NCBI GenBank assembly: GCA_947085205.1
Contig: CAMTVO010000028.1
Location: 1-40,720, forward strand
Origin: an uncultured Nitrospiraceae bacterium
GTDB taxonomy: Bacteria > Nitrospirota > Thermodesulfovibrionia > Thermodesulfovibrionales > Dissulfurispiraceae
Direction: 5' to 3'
DNA length: 40,720 nucleotides
Part shown: piece by piece, positions 29,472 to 38,383 of the stretch
How the letters are laid out: every line of letters starts with the position of its first letter
Numbering within the stretch: the first letter of the stretch is position 1
Made by a program: the position numbers and the translations under genes
Notes under the pieces: model-generated
The model's database searches: none
What the model saw: the letters and a program-made list of their open reading frames with translations, nothing else
Told to the model about the DNA's origin: nothing

Positions 29472-29537
29472 GCTGCACCCCCTTTTTAACTGTGAATCTA
29501 AAACAACAATATTACAAAAAAGCCCATTGTCAATATA

Positions 29538-29553
29538 TGCAATAGTTATACCA
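29538..29553 (-). promoter_or_regulatory. sigma54 (-24/-12) promoter
   Basis: Minus strand TGGTATAACTATTGCA = GG-N10-GC, ~65 nt upstream of usp; sigma54 activator encoded immediately upstream. Confidence 0.8.
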
Positions 29554-29641
29554 TATAAGGCCGATAAGATATAAAACAGCCTATCATCTTATAAATAAAC
29601 GCTTTGGACGGGAACAAAACGGGGCGGGGAAAACATGCGCT

Positions 29642-29688
29642 TGTCCCTAAAAGGACAAAATATCAAAAAAGCTGTCCCAAACAGGACA
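29642..29688. promoter_or_regulatory. Tandem upstream activator sequences (TGTCC-N6-GGACA x2)
   Basis: TGTCCctaaaaGGACA (29642-29657) and TGTCCcaaacaGGACA (29673-29688), 31 bp apart, about 90-135 bp upstream of the -24 element. Confidence 0.78.
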
Positions 29689-29713
29689 ACTTAAACATGC
29701 TATAGGCTTTTTA

Positions 29714-31072
29714 TTATTCAGGGAGTAAACCGTGGTGCTTCATCTTTGTCCTGAGCTGCTTTCTCGATATTCCGAGGATTTCTGCGGCCTTTGTCTGATT
29801 CCACGACGTCTTTTCGAGTACGCCGAGGATTAGTTTTCTTTCAGTATCCATAAGACTAAACCCCTCGACTGCTAAGATATCGCCGGTGTGCATTTCACGT
29901 ATGGACATCGGCAAATATTTCATAGTAATAGTATCCGTGGGACATAAAACAACAGCGCGCTCTATAACATTCTCAAGCTCTCTCACATTGCCAGACCAGT
30001 CATATTCCATAAACGCCCTCATCACATCGCTCTCAAGAGTAATTATTGCTTTGTTGTTGGCCTTGTTGAACTTATTGAGAAAATGGGCTGCAAGCAGCGG
30101 GATGTCCTCCTTTCTTTCCCTCAAGGGCGGAATATGTACAGTGACAACATTGAGCCTGTAAAAAAGGTCTTCCCTGAAGCTTCCCTTCTTCGCCTCTGAC
30201 TCAAGGTCCCTGTTTGTTGCTGCAATAATCCTCACATCCACTTTCATCCTGTTCTTTCCGCCAATCCTCAGTATCTCTCTCTCCTGAAAGAATCTTAAAA
30301 ACTTCTTCTGGATGTTTGGAGAAAGCTCGCCAATTTCATCAAGAAAGATTGTGCCGCCTTTGGCAAGCTCAACTTGGCCTATTTTTTGTTCATACGCACC
30401 CGTGAATGAGCCTCTTTCATGTCCAAATAGTTCACTCTCAAGTAACTCCTCTGGAAGCGCAGCGCAGTCTATAGGGATAAAAGGACCGTTTGCCCGTGCG
30501 GATTCATAATGGATAGCCCGTGCAACAAGCTCCTTTCCTGTTCCGCTTTCACCCATCACCAGTACATTAGAATTACTCTTCGAGACCGTGTCTATAAGAT
30601 TAAATATGTCCTGCATTACATGGCTCTTCCCGATAATGTTCTTGTAGCTGTTGCGCTCCCTCAATTGCGACTTCAGCGTTATGTTTTCGATCAGAAGACG
30701 ATGCTTTTCAACCGCCTCCCTTGTTACTGTTAGAAGCTCGTCTGGATTTACAGGCTTGGTAAGATAATTAAATGCTCCCTTCCTCATCGCCTCCACAGCC
30801 TTCTCTATGGTGCCGTATGCAGTAAGCATTATAACTGGAATGCGACAGCCCCTTTCCTTAAGCGCATTCAGAAGCTCTGCGCCGGTCATCCCGGGAAGCT
30901 TGTAGTCTGTAATGACAGTATCGGGTTGAAGTTTCGCTATTTTGTCCAAGGCCTCTTCGGCGGTCCGTGCAGTATAGACATCATAGCCGTTTTTCTTGAG
31001 AATTGCGGATAACACCTTCAATGTGTTAATCTCGTCGTCGACAAACAGTATTTTACCTTTGTTATTGTTCAT
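29714..31072 (-). CDS. sigma54-dependent response regulator (NtrC/AtoC family)
   Basis: Receiver (VDDE, TDYKLP, KP), [42 protein letters not shown], Fis-type HTH. Likely start ATG 31072. Confidence 0.95.
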   Translation of the reverse strand: MNNNKGKILFVDDEINTLKVLSAILKKNGYDVYTARTAEEALDKIAKLQPDTVITDYKLPGMTGAELLNALKERGCRIPVIMLTAYGTIEKAVEAMRKGAFNYLTKPVNPDELLTVTREAVEKHRLLIENITLKSQLRERNSYKNIIGKSHVMQDIFNLIDTVSKSNSNVLVMGESGTGKELVARAIHYESARANGPFIPIDCAALPEELLESELFGHERGSFTGAYEQKIGQVELAKGGTIFLDEIGELSPNIQKKFLRFFQEREILRIGGKNRMKVDVRIIAATNRDLESEAKKGSFREDLFYRLNVVTVHIPPLRERKEDIPLLAAHFLNKFNKANNKAIITLESDVMRAFMEYDWSGNVRELENVIERAVVLCPTDTITMKYLPMSIREMHTGDILAVEGFSLMDTERKLILGVLEKTSWNQTKAAEILGISRKQLRTKMKHHGLLPE

Positions 31073-31073
31073 A

Positions 31074-32699
31074 TCAATTCCATATCGGCAGGGCAATTCT
31101 GAATTCAGTGCCTCTGCCTGCTTCGCTCTTTACGGAAATTTCGCCTTTGTGGTCTTTTACGATCCTCTCAACACAGGCAAGTCCAAGGCCGGAACCTCTG
31201 GTCTTTGTGGTGAAAAAGGGTTTAAATATTTCGGAGATTATCTCGTTACTGATACCCATACCTGTATCTTTTACCATGATAAACACTCGCGAGTCAAAAA
31301 CCTCTGTGTTGATTTTTATGGTATCGCCAGCCTTTGTTGCGTCAAGAGAATTGACAAGAATATTCAGCAGCGCCTGCTTAAACTGCTGTGTATCGAACTT
31401 AAAAGGATGTATTCTTTCATCGAGCGACATTATTACTTCCACGTTGTTCTCTGTAGCTTCTTGCCTTATTAGATTCACAGTCTCCCTCACTATCCGGTTC
31501 ATATCCGAAAGCTGCAGGCGAAGAGGAGAAGGTCTGGAGAATCTGAGAAAGCTCGTCACTATCTCGTTAAGCCTCCTTGTCTCTTCTTCTATTATAGAAA
31601 GGAATTCCTTCAACACCTCGCCCTTAAAATTATTCTGAAGGTATGAGACTGCCCCGCGGATTGCATTAAGCGGGTTTTTAATCTCATGGGCGACAGTCAT
31701 GGACATCTCGCCGAGGGCCGAGAGTTTTTCGAGGCGTGTCTTTTCTTTGTTCGTCTCCTCCAATTCTCTTATGCTCTCTTTAAGTCTCTTTATCATCTGA
31801 TTAAAGACTTCGATAAGCTCGCCTATCTCGTCTCCGCACGACTCCTTATAGACTATGCAGTTCTTGCAGTCGCACAACTTCTCGAAAGCATCGCCCTGCA
31901 CCTCTCCGAAGCACATGGTGTCTCGTATGGTCCAGCACCTGCTCTTGCCGTATGCAGGGCATTCCTTTGTATCGCAGCCGAGCAAATCACGGCAGTTCTT
32001 CAAATAATCGTTAGGCACTTCCGCATCGAGATTTCCTGTCTGCACCAGCTCCATCTTATCCTTAAGTTTTTTTATAGGGGTTGTCAAAAGCCTTGCAATG
32101 CCGAAGGCGACCAACACTCCGACGAGCATCACAAGGCCTGATATTAGGAGAACATGATTTTTAAGCCCCTCTAAATTATCCTCAATAACCCCTTCGATGC
32201 TCTCTTTCGAAAAACCTGCAATCACCATCCCTACAACTTCGTATCCGGCCTTCACAGGTATTATTATCTCTTTTGTATCTTCACCTGCAATATCGCGTAT
32301 ATATTCCTTTCCTCTGTTTATTACAAGATCTGTGTATTTCTGCAAGCCTCCTGGAAGCGGCTGACCGAGGAGTTTTCTGTTTGTATGTCCGACAATACGG
32401 CCGTTATAGTCGACTATGCCTGCATACATACATGCCGGAGCATTGGCAGCAGTCCTGACCATTTCATCGAGCCTGAGCGGGTCTTTAAATATCAATGGCT
32501 CAACCGCATCCTTTGCAAGATTCCTCACTACGAGGAGGTGGCTGTTGTCCATCTCGGATTTCAATGCGCTTCTCTGGTGGGTGATTATGAGGGCGTTTAC
32601 TATAATCATTATGATAAAAATAAGAAAAATAACAGCTACGGAGAACTTCTGAGCAAGGCTCAGCCTCCTTAATATGCCTTTAAGAACATTTGCCTTCAT
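31074..32699 (-). CDS. Sensor histidine kinase with Cys-rich insert in the HAMP domain
   Basis: 2 TM, periplasmic domain, HAMP, AHEIKNPL H-box, N-box NILVNS, DTGMGI, FKPFFTTK, GSGLGL. Confidence 0.95.
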   Translation of the reverse strand: MKANVLKGILRRLSLAQKFSVAVIFLIFIIMIIVNALIITHQRSALKSEMDNSHLLVVRNLAKDAVEPLIFKDPLRLDEMVRTAANAPACMYAGIVDYNGRIVGHTNRKLLGQPLPGGLQKYTDLVINRGKEYIRDIAGEDTKEIIIPVKAGYEVVGMVIAGFSKESIEGVIEDNLEGLKNHVLLISGLVMLVGVLVAFGIARLLTTPIKKLKDKMELVQTGNLDAEVPNDYLKNCRDLLGCDTKECPAYGKSRCWTIRDTMCFGEVQGDAFEKLCDCKNCIVYKESCGDEIGELIEVFNQMIKRLKESIRELEETNKEKTRLEKLSALGEMSMTVAHEIKNPLNAIRGAVSYLQNNFKGEVLKEFLSIIEEETRRLNEIVTSFLRFSRPSPLRLQLSDMNRIVRETVNLIRQEATENNVEVIMSLDERIHPFKFDTQQFKQALLNILVNSLDATKAGDTIKINTEVFDSRVFIMVKDTGMGISNEIISEIFKPFFTTKTRGSGLGLACVERIVKDHKGEISVKSEAGRGTEFRIALPIWN

Positions 32700-32702
32700 A
32701 TA

Positions 32703-34400
32703 TCAGTATTGCTTAAGCTCCTCAAACTCAGCATCGCTGGCTGCCCTAAAGCCTCTTATCTTTGCCGCCTTGAGTATCTCTTTATCCTTCAATCCGATCA
32801 GAAGGCGCCTGACCTCATTCACAAGGGATGGATTGGTATTTCTACATACAGCAAATGGCCAATTTGGAAGAGATGTCGTTTTTGTTAATATCCTTATCTT
32901 ATTCATATCCACCGCATCTTTCCATACGACAAGAGCCGATTCCCTGACAAAGCCTGCATCCGCCTCACCCCTGTAAACGCCAAAAATTACATTCTCCTGT
33001 CTTTTTGCATCTATAATCTTCATATCTTTTTCCGTGTCTATTCCGGCATTCATCAAAAAAAGCCTCTGGGAGAGATAGCCGCCTGCAGACTTGGGTGAAG
33101 TGATTAAGATCTTTTTGTTCCTCAAGTCGCTTATGTTCTTAATAGCGCTGTCCTGTCTCGTTATAATTACTCCCCTGAACCTGTCTCCTCCCCCCATCAA
33201 GTCGTCCGACGGACTGTCTTCTCCTATGGTAGTAACTAATGGCTTTATATCGACCTCCCTGTCTATCAGCGCAAAGATATAAGGGTTCTGATACGAAAAA
33301 TCCACCTCAGCATTTCTTATTACCTTCACAAAATCCTCAAAATCCTTTGGTATGACCAGCTTAAACTCATAGCCTGTTTTTTGCGAAAGGTATCTCATCA
33401 AAGGCTCGTATCTGTCATAAAGGGTTATGGCTGAATAAAGGGGCAGGATTGCAACCTTTACAGTCTTAGTCCCGTATTCTATGTAATCCCTTCCGGTAAG
33501 GTTTTTTATCATCACCCTGATAACATCAAAATCCCTGTCTTCAGCCTGAGCAAAGCCTGCTATATCCTTATCTATGGATGAAAGAATCGCCGCATCCTGT
33601 AACTCACTAAGCCTTCTTATAACCTCCCTCCGAATTTCATGAGGCAGGGTATCAGATGCACAAAGCACAAAAGATGGAATTGCCTCTGATTTTTTTATTA
33701 TCTTAAGACCATCTCCTGTATATTTCCTTGCAACTGATTCGCTCAATGCACCTACATCGTGGTCTCCTATGAGTACAGAAAGCGCTACTCTGTCTTCCTG
33801 CTCCAGAAAATCGACACTCGCAAAATCATTGACCTTCAGATTCACATCATTCAGCATAGCAAGCGGTATCAGGTAGCTGAATGACGACTGCTTGCTTCCG
33901 AGGGCGAGCCTTTTGCCTTTCACATCCGCCGCCTTAGCTATGCCGCTTTTATCCTTTACAGCCAGCACGCTTCTGGATGTCGCTCCTCCCTCACCTACAG
34001 GCCTGACGAGCGGGACTACTTTATTTCTATATCTCGCCCTGACCTCACAATACGCAGCAGGGTCGAGAAATGCCATATGCACTTTGCCGCTTCCTATCTC
34101 ATGGATGGCGTCTTCATAATCTTTTGCAACCTTGATGGTTACAGGCCTTCTCAATATATTCTCAAGATAATACTTAAGCGGCACAAACCTCTCGTACATT
34201 GCACCCGCACGCTCTACAGGAAGAAGCGATACGATTATTGGGGATGCGTTTAGAATGTGTGGATTATAGCGCTGCTTTTCTGATTTTTGTTCCGGCGGGC
34301 CGCTCTGTGATGAGCAGGCAAGAAGACTCAGAAGGCAGAAAACAGATGACAGATAACAGATGACAGAATTTCTTTTTTTATCCGACTTCCGGCTTTTCAT
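32703..34400 (-). CDS. Tandem (two-domain) PhnD-family binding lipoprotein, probable accessory sensor
   Basis: Lipobox LLAC; two PhnD-like repeats (DVKGKRLALGSKQSSFSYL and DLRNKKILITSPKSAGGYL); directly upstream of the kinase. Confidence 0.85.
   Translation of the reverse strand: MKSRKSDKKRNSVICYLSSVFCLLSLLACSSQSGPPEQKSEKQRYNPHILNASPIIVSLLPVERAGAMYERFVPLKYYLENILRRPVTIKVAKDYEDAIHEIGSGKVHMAFLDPAAYCEVRARYRNKVVPLVRPVGEGGATSRSVLAVKDKSGIAKAADVKGKRLALGSKQSSFSYLIPLAMLNDVNLKVNDFASVDFLEQEDRVALSVLIGDHDVGALSESVARKYTGDGLKIIKKSEAIPSFVLCASDTLPHEIRREVIRRLSELQDAAILSSIDKDIAGFAQAEDRDFDVIRVMIKNLTGRDYIEYGTKTVKVAILPLYSAITLYDRYEPLMRYLSQKTGYEFKLVIPKDFEDFVKVIRNAEVDFSYQNPYIFALIDREVDIKPLVTTIGEDSPSDDLMGGGDRFRGVIITRQDSAIKNISDLRNKKILITSPKSAGGYLSQRLFLMNAGIDTEKDMKIIDAKRQENVIFGVYRGEADAGFVRESALVVWKDAVDMNKIRILTKTTSLPNWPFAVCRNTNPSLVNEVRRLLIGLKDKEILKAAKIRGFRAASDAEFEELKQY
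34329..34395. repeat. Heptamer tandem repeat (CAGAnnn)x6 in the signal-peptide coding region
   Basis: CAGAAGG CAGAAAA CAGATGA CAGATAA CAGATGA CAGAATT (34329-34370), with TCCGACT TCCGGCT at 34381-34394. Confidence 0.8.
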
Positions 34401-35026
34401 AGCATCAGTTCTTCTGAAAAGATGTTTTCCATTTTCTCACGGCTTATTGTCGTTTCGGGCCCGTGTCCCGGCAATACCTTTGTATTTTCAGGAAGCGACA
34501 TCAATCTCTTAAAAGATTCCTTCAGTTTATTAATGTCTCCCCCATAAAAATCGGTTCTTCCGACAGAGCCCGCGAAAACAGTATCTCCGGTAATAATAAT
34601 TTCTTCTCCGTAAATGCACATGCCGCCCGGGCTGTGACCTGGCGTGTGGAGAACCTTAAACCTCAAGTTCCCGACAGCAATATCAGCTCCATCTTTGAGC
34701 AGAACGTCAGGCTCAGGCAGAGGGTCGAGGTCGTATCCCCAGAAAGCCGCCATATCCTTTGCGCCGTTGTATATCTCAAGCTCTTCCTTATGGATTAAGA
34801 CCTTTGCTCCTGTCTCTTGTTTTAATTCGGTCACCGCGCCCACATGGTCAAAGTGTCCATGCGTGCAGATAACATACTCGACAAACAAGTTGTTTTCTTT
34901 GATAACATCCGTTATTCTATCCGGTTCATCCCCGGGATCAACCACAATGGCCTTCTTAGAGGACTCATCAGCAATAATGAAACAGTTGACCTGAAGAGGG
35001 CCGACTACAATGCTTTTTATAAGCAT
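34397..35026 (-). CDS. MBL-fold metallo-hydrolase (YcbL/glyoxalase II-like)
   Basis: THGHFDH, HTPGHSPG, TGD, GRTD, PGHG. Confidence 0.93.
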   Translation of the reverse strand: MLIKSIVVGPLQVNCFIIADESSKKAIVVDPGDEPDRITDVIKENNLFVEYVICTHGHFDHVGAVTELKQETGAKVLIHKEELEIYNGAKDMAAFWGYDLDPLPEPDVLLKDGADIAVGNLRFKVLHTPGHSPGGMCIYGEEIIITGDTVFAGSVGRTDFYGGDINKLKESFKRLMSLPENTKVLPGHGPETTISREKMENIFSEELML

Positions 35027-35043
35027 AAATTCATCTCCTTAAG

Positions 35044-35067
35044 CAGTGAGCAGTAAACTGCTCACTG
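35044..35067. repeat. Heptamer palindrome overlapping the murJ stop codon
   Basis: CAGTGAGCAG-TAAA-CTGCTCACTG; same CAGTGAG unit as the hisH insert. Confidence 0.7.
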
Positions 35068-36654
35068 TATTTCCTGGTTCTGTTTTCTGAGCTTATTTAT
35101 AATATAACCCATCTCCTCACTCTTTAGTAAATGGCATACTGCCAAATATACGCAGACGCATACTATTATTGCGCCGCCGAGATGCGCTGCTTTTTGAAAG
35201 CCATACCCACTAAGTTTCCATATTTCTCCTCTGGCAATAAACCATCCAGCCGCTCCCATTATTACAGATGCGCTTAATATCTTTACAAAAGAATTTAATA
35301 TCGTTTTTGTTCCTATGCTGCCAAGCTTTTTCCTCAAAAAATAAAAGAGCAACATGAAATTACAACAAGATGCAATAGCATTGGCAAAGGCAAGCCCGTT
35401 ATGCTTCATGGGACCCATAAGAAGCAGGCTCAGTATGATATTGATTAACATCGCAGCGGCTGCTATTTTTACCGGAGTCTTTGTATCCTGCATGGAGTAA
35501 AATGTTGAAGTAACTACCCTTACTCCTACAATAGCCCATATGCCAAGGGAATAAAACATGAGGGCGTCAGATGTCCCGATGGTTGCAAGATAATCAAACT
35601 TCCCCCTCTGAAAAAGCGTGCTTACAATCTGGACATTCAATGCAATGAGACCTATCATTGCAGGCACTGTAATAAAAAACAGAAGGCGCAAGGCAAAGGA
35701 AAAGTCCTCTTTTACCTTTTCGATTTCGCCTTTAACCGAATGTTCAGAAAGGGCAGGAAGCACCGCCATGGCCATTGCGACTCCGAATATGCCGATTGGA
35801 AATTGAATCAATCTCATGGAATAGTAAAGATACGTTATGCTTCCTTCAGGCAGATATGATGCAAGGATTGTGCTTATGAATATATTAATCTGGGCAACTG
35901 CCATTCCTGCCGTAGCTGGAAGAATAAGCATTCCTATCCGTTTCACCCCGGGATGCCGAAACTCTTTAGTCGTGAGCCGTGAGCCGTGAGCCGTGAACAG
36001 ACCGTATCCTTTCTTAAAAAACGAGGGCATTTGAATCAAAAACTGCACAAGTCCGCCAACTGTTACTCCTATTGCAACAGCGACAATAGGATCAGCAAAC
36101 TGCATTGACAGCGTCACGACACAGATTATAATCACAATATTAAGAAATGCCGGAGCCAGAGCCGGAACAAAGAAAACACCCCTTGCATTGAGCGCTCCCA
36201 TTGTCAATGCAGCAAGACTGATGAACAAAAGAAAAGGAAACATTATCCTTGTAAGCAAAACGGTATTAGAAAACTTTTCAGGGTCTTTCAAAAATCCCGG
36301 CGCTATTGCGGAGACAATTACCGGAGCAAATATAATTCCCAAAACACATATTATTCCAACAAATACAAGGATAAAGATAAATGTAGCCCTGACAAGCCTG
36401 TTTGCCTCATCCTTTCCATGCTTTGTCTGATATTCTGTGACAACAGGGACAAATGCAGAAGACATGGATCCCTCGGCAAACAATTCCCTAAGAAGGTTTG
36501 GTATTCTAAAGGCAACAAAAAAAACGTCTGCAGTCCCGGTTGCCCCAAAATATCTTGCGAGGATCATGTCCTTCACATAGCCTAAAATACGGCTGATGAA
36601 GGTTGCGATAGACATCAGCCCCGCAGCCCTTGCAATTTTACCCTTAGCGCTCAT
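35062..36654 (-). CDS. murJ: Lipid II flippase MurJ (MviN)
   Basis: SRILGYVKD, AFRIPNLLRELFAEG, RLIQFPIG, LFQRGKF, DTKTP. Confidence 0.96.
   Translation of the reverse strand: MSAKGKIARAAGLMSIATFISRILGYVKDMILARYFGATGTADVFFVAFRIPNLLRELFAEGSMSSAFVPVVTEYQTKHGKDEANRLVRATFIFILVFVGIICVLGIIFAPVIVSAIAPGFLKDPEKFSNTVLLTRIMFPFLLFISLAALTMGALNARGVFFVPALAPAFLNIVIIICVVTLSMQFADPIVAVAIGVTVGGLVQFLIQMPSFFKKGYGLFTAHGSRLTTKEFRHPGVKRIGMLILPATAGMAVAQINIFISTILASYLPEGSITYLYYSMRLIQFPIGIFGVAMAMAVLPALSEHSVKGEIEKVKEDFSFALRLLFFITVPAMIGLIALNVQIVSTLFQRGKFDYLATIGTSDALMFYSLGIWAIVGVRVVTSTFYSMQDTKTPVKIAAAAMLINIILSLLLMGPMKHNGLAFANAIASCCNFMLLFYFLRKKLGSIGTKTILNSFVKILSASVIMGAAGWFIARGEIWKLSGYGFQKAAHLGGAIIVCVCVYLAVCHLLKSEEMGYIINKLRKQNQEIQ
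35971..35998. repeat. Heptamer tandem repeat (CGTGAGC)n inside murJ
   Basis: CGTGAGC x3 + CGTGAAC; encodes LFTAHGSRLT. Confidence 0.8.
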
Positions 36655-36707
36655 CGCTTACTATTATACCCAAAAATGCAATTAATGGCTGGATATATAC
36701 AAACAGA

Positions 36708-37349
36708 TTATGAAGTCTGCCTGCGATGGCGTATGATTTCTACAACACCCGGCATTACGGATATGATGATAATGGCGAGGATGACAAGGCTGAAGTTCTG
36801 CTTGACGATGGGAATATTACCGAAGAAGTATCCTGCAAAAACACAGACAGCAATCCATAAAATACCGCCTATGATGTTATAGCTAAGGAAACGACCGTAA
36901 GTCATGCTCCCGACGCCTGCTACAAATGGAGCAAAGGTGCGTATAATAGGGACAAACCGACCTATGATTATGGTCTTTCCACCGTACTTTTCATAAAACC
37001 GGTGGGTGCGTTCCAGATGCTTCTTATTAAAAAAGCGGACATCTTCTTTATGGAATATCTTGGGCCCTGCAAAATTCCCTATCCAGTAATTCACCGTATC
37101 TCCGGCTATAGCAGCTATCGGCAAAAGCACTAAAATAACCGTTAAATCAAGATCTCCCATTGCCGCAAATGCGCCGACTGCAAAAAGGAGTGAATCCCCG
37201 GGGAGAAACGGCGTCACGACAATGCCTGTCTCACAAAAGATAATCAAAAAAAGAATTACATAAATCAGTGTCCCATAGTCCTGAATAATAGCACCCAGAT
37301 ACTTATCAAAATGTATGAAAAGATCTATGAAGTTAGCAATAATATCCAC
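36708..37349 (-). CDS. dedA: DedA family membrane protein
   Basis: [42 protein letters not shown]. Confidence 0.95.
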   Translation of the reverse strand: MDIIANFIDLFIHFDKYLGAIIQDYGTLIYVILFLIIFCETGIVVTPFLPGDSLLFAVGAFAAMGDLDLTVILVLLPIAAIAGDTVNYWIGNFAGPKIFHKEDVRFFNKKHLERTHRFYEKYGGKTIIIGRFVPIIRTFAPFVAGVGSMTYGRFLSYNIIGGILWIAVCVFAGYFFGNIPIVKQNFSLVILAIIIISVMPGVVEIIRHRRQTS

Positions 37350-37360
37350 TGTTTCTCCTT

Positions 37361-38287
37361 TTACCCAAATAATGCATTTGACGCTAATTGCATTTTTCGG
37401 GTTAATATCTCACCCTTAAGCCTTCCTGCAAGTATTCTGTCAATTCCAGCATAATCCTTTACAATGCTAACATCTCTGAAGCCGGCACTTTCAGCTATTA
37501 GCTTTACATCGCCGGATTGACCGTAACCAATCTCAATAATTATTATGCCATTTTCTTTGAGAAATTTGGGAGCTTTTTCAAATATCCTTCTGTAAAAATC
37601 AACGCCGTCCTCGCCTCCGTCAAGGGCTTTTATCGGCTCGTAATCCCTTATCTCCCTCTGGAGATTTTTGATGTCGCTGCTTTTTATATACGGAGGATTG
37701 GAGACTATACAGTCAAAACAGTGAACAGTAATAGATTCAAATAAATTACCTTTTACGAAATGGACATTCTTTATATTGTTCTCCGCGGCATTCCGGATTG
37801 CATACTGAATAGCAGTGCCTGATTTGTCGATGCCGTAGACAATGGCATCCGGGAAATGTTTCGCAAGGGCTATAGCAATACATCCGCTTCCTGTGCAGAG
37901 GTCAAGAATGCTCAACCCCCCTTTGCCCCCCCTTAGTAAGGGGGGGATGGGGGGTTGCTTTCCACTAAGCAATTTTATTGTTTCTTCCACAAGCAATTCG
38001 GTCTCATGCCTTGGAATAAGGACTCCTCTGCCGACATTTATTTTCAATCCGTAAAAATCGACATGCCCTGCAAGGTATTGTATCGGCTCTCCGGCAGCAC
38101 GCCTTTTAACAAGGGAATCTATAAGACTCGATTCATCCGGCGATATTTCCAAACCGCCTGAATACAGCCTTGACTTGCCTATGCAAAGCGCTTCCGTTAT
38201 AAGAATTTCAGCCTCTTTTGGGGCATAGTCTATGCCACTGCTTTTAAGAACAGCAGCAATATCTTTCAGTTTGTCAATGGCCTTCAT
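37361..38287 (-). CDS. prmC: Release factor glutamine methyltransferase
   Basis: [42 protein letters not shown]. Confidence 0.95.
   Translation of the reverse strand: MKAIDKLKDIAAVLKSSGIDYAPKEAEILITEALCIGKSRLYSGGLEISPDESSLIDSLVKRRAAGEPIQYLAGHVDFYGLKINVGRGVLIPRHETELLVEETIKLLSGKQPPIPPLLRGGKGGLSILDLCTGSGCIAIALAKHFPDAIVYGIDKSGTAIQYAIRNAAENNIKNVHFVKGNLFESITVHCFDCIVSNPPYIKSSDIKNLQREIRDYEPIKALDGGEDGVDFYRRIFEKAPKFLKENGIIIIEIGYGQSGDVKLIAESAGFRDVSIVKDYAGIDRILAGRLKGEILTRKMQLASNALFG
37913..37957. repeat. G/C-run palindrome inserted in frame in prmC
   Basis: CAACCCCC...CCCCCCTT-AGT-AAGGGGGG...GGGGGTTG; encodes [15 protein letters not shown] just before the SAM-binding motif. Confidence 0.8.
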
Positions 38288-38289
38288 AG

Positions 38290-38350
38290 TTACTTATCCA
38301 GCGGACTCCTCACTCCTAATATGTTTTTTGAGGCCATATGACTATAAAAT
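38290..38350 (-). pseudogene. Relic 3' end of a second integron-type integrase
   Basis: Reads ...IFYSHMASKNILGVRSPLDK*, paralleling the IntI C-terminus (YTHV...SPLD), downstream of the intact intI stop. Confidence 0.6.
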
Positions 38351-38383
38351 ATTGACAGATGGAAAGCGTAAAAACCTGCCTTA

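Noticed and set aside
26556..34400. Phosphonate ABC uptake (phn) or arsenite aioXSR locus
   Set aside because: No phnC/phnE or aioAB genes in the window; the context is TauE plus a Psr-like enzyme.
36655..36672. Near-leaderless promoter for murJ (TATAAT 8 nt before ATG)
   Set aside because: No supporting -35 element, and the gene could be co-transcribed with dedA; too weak to call.
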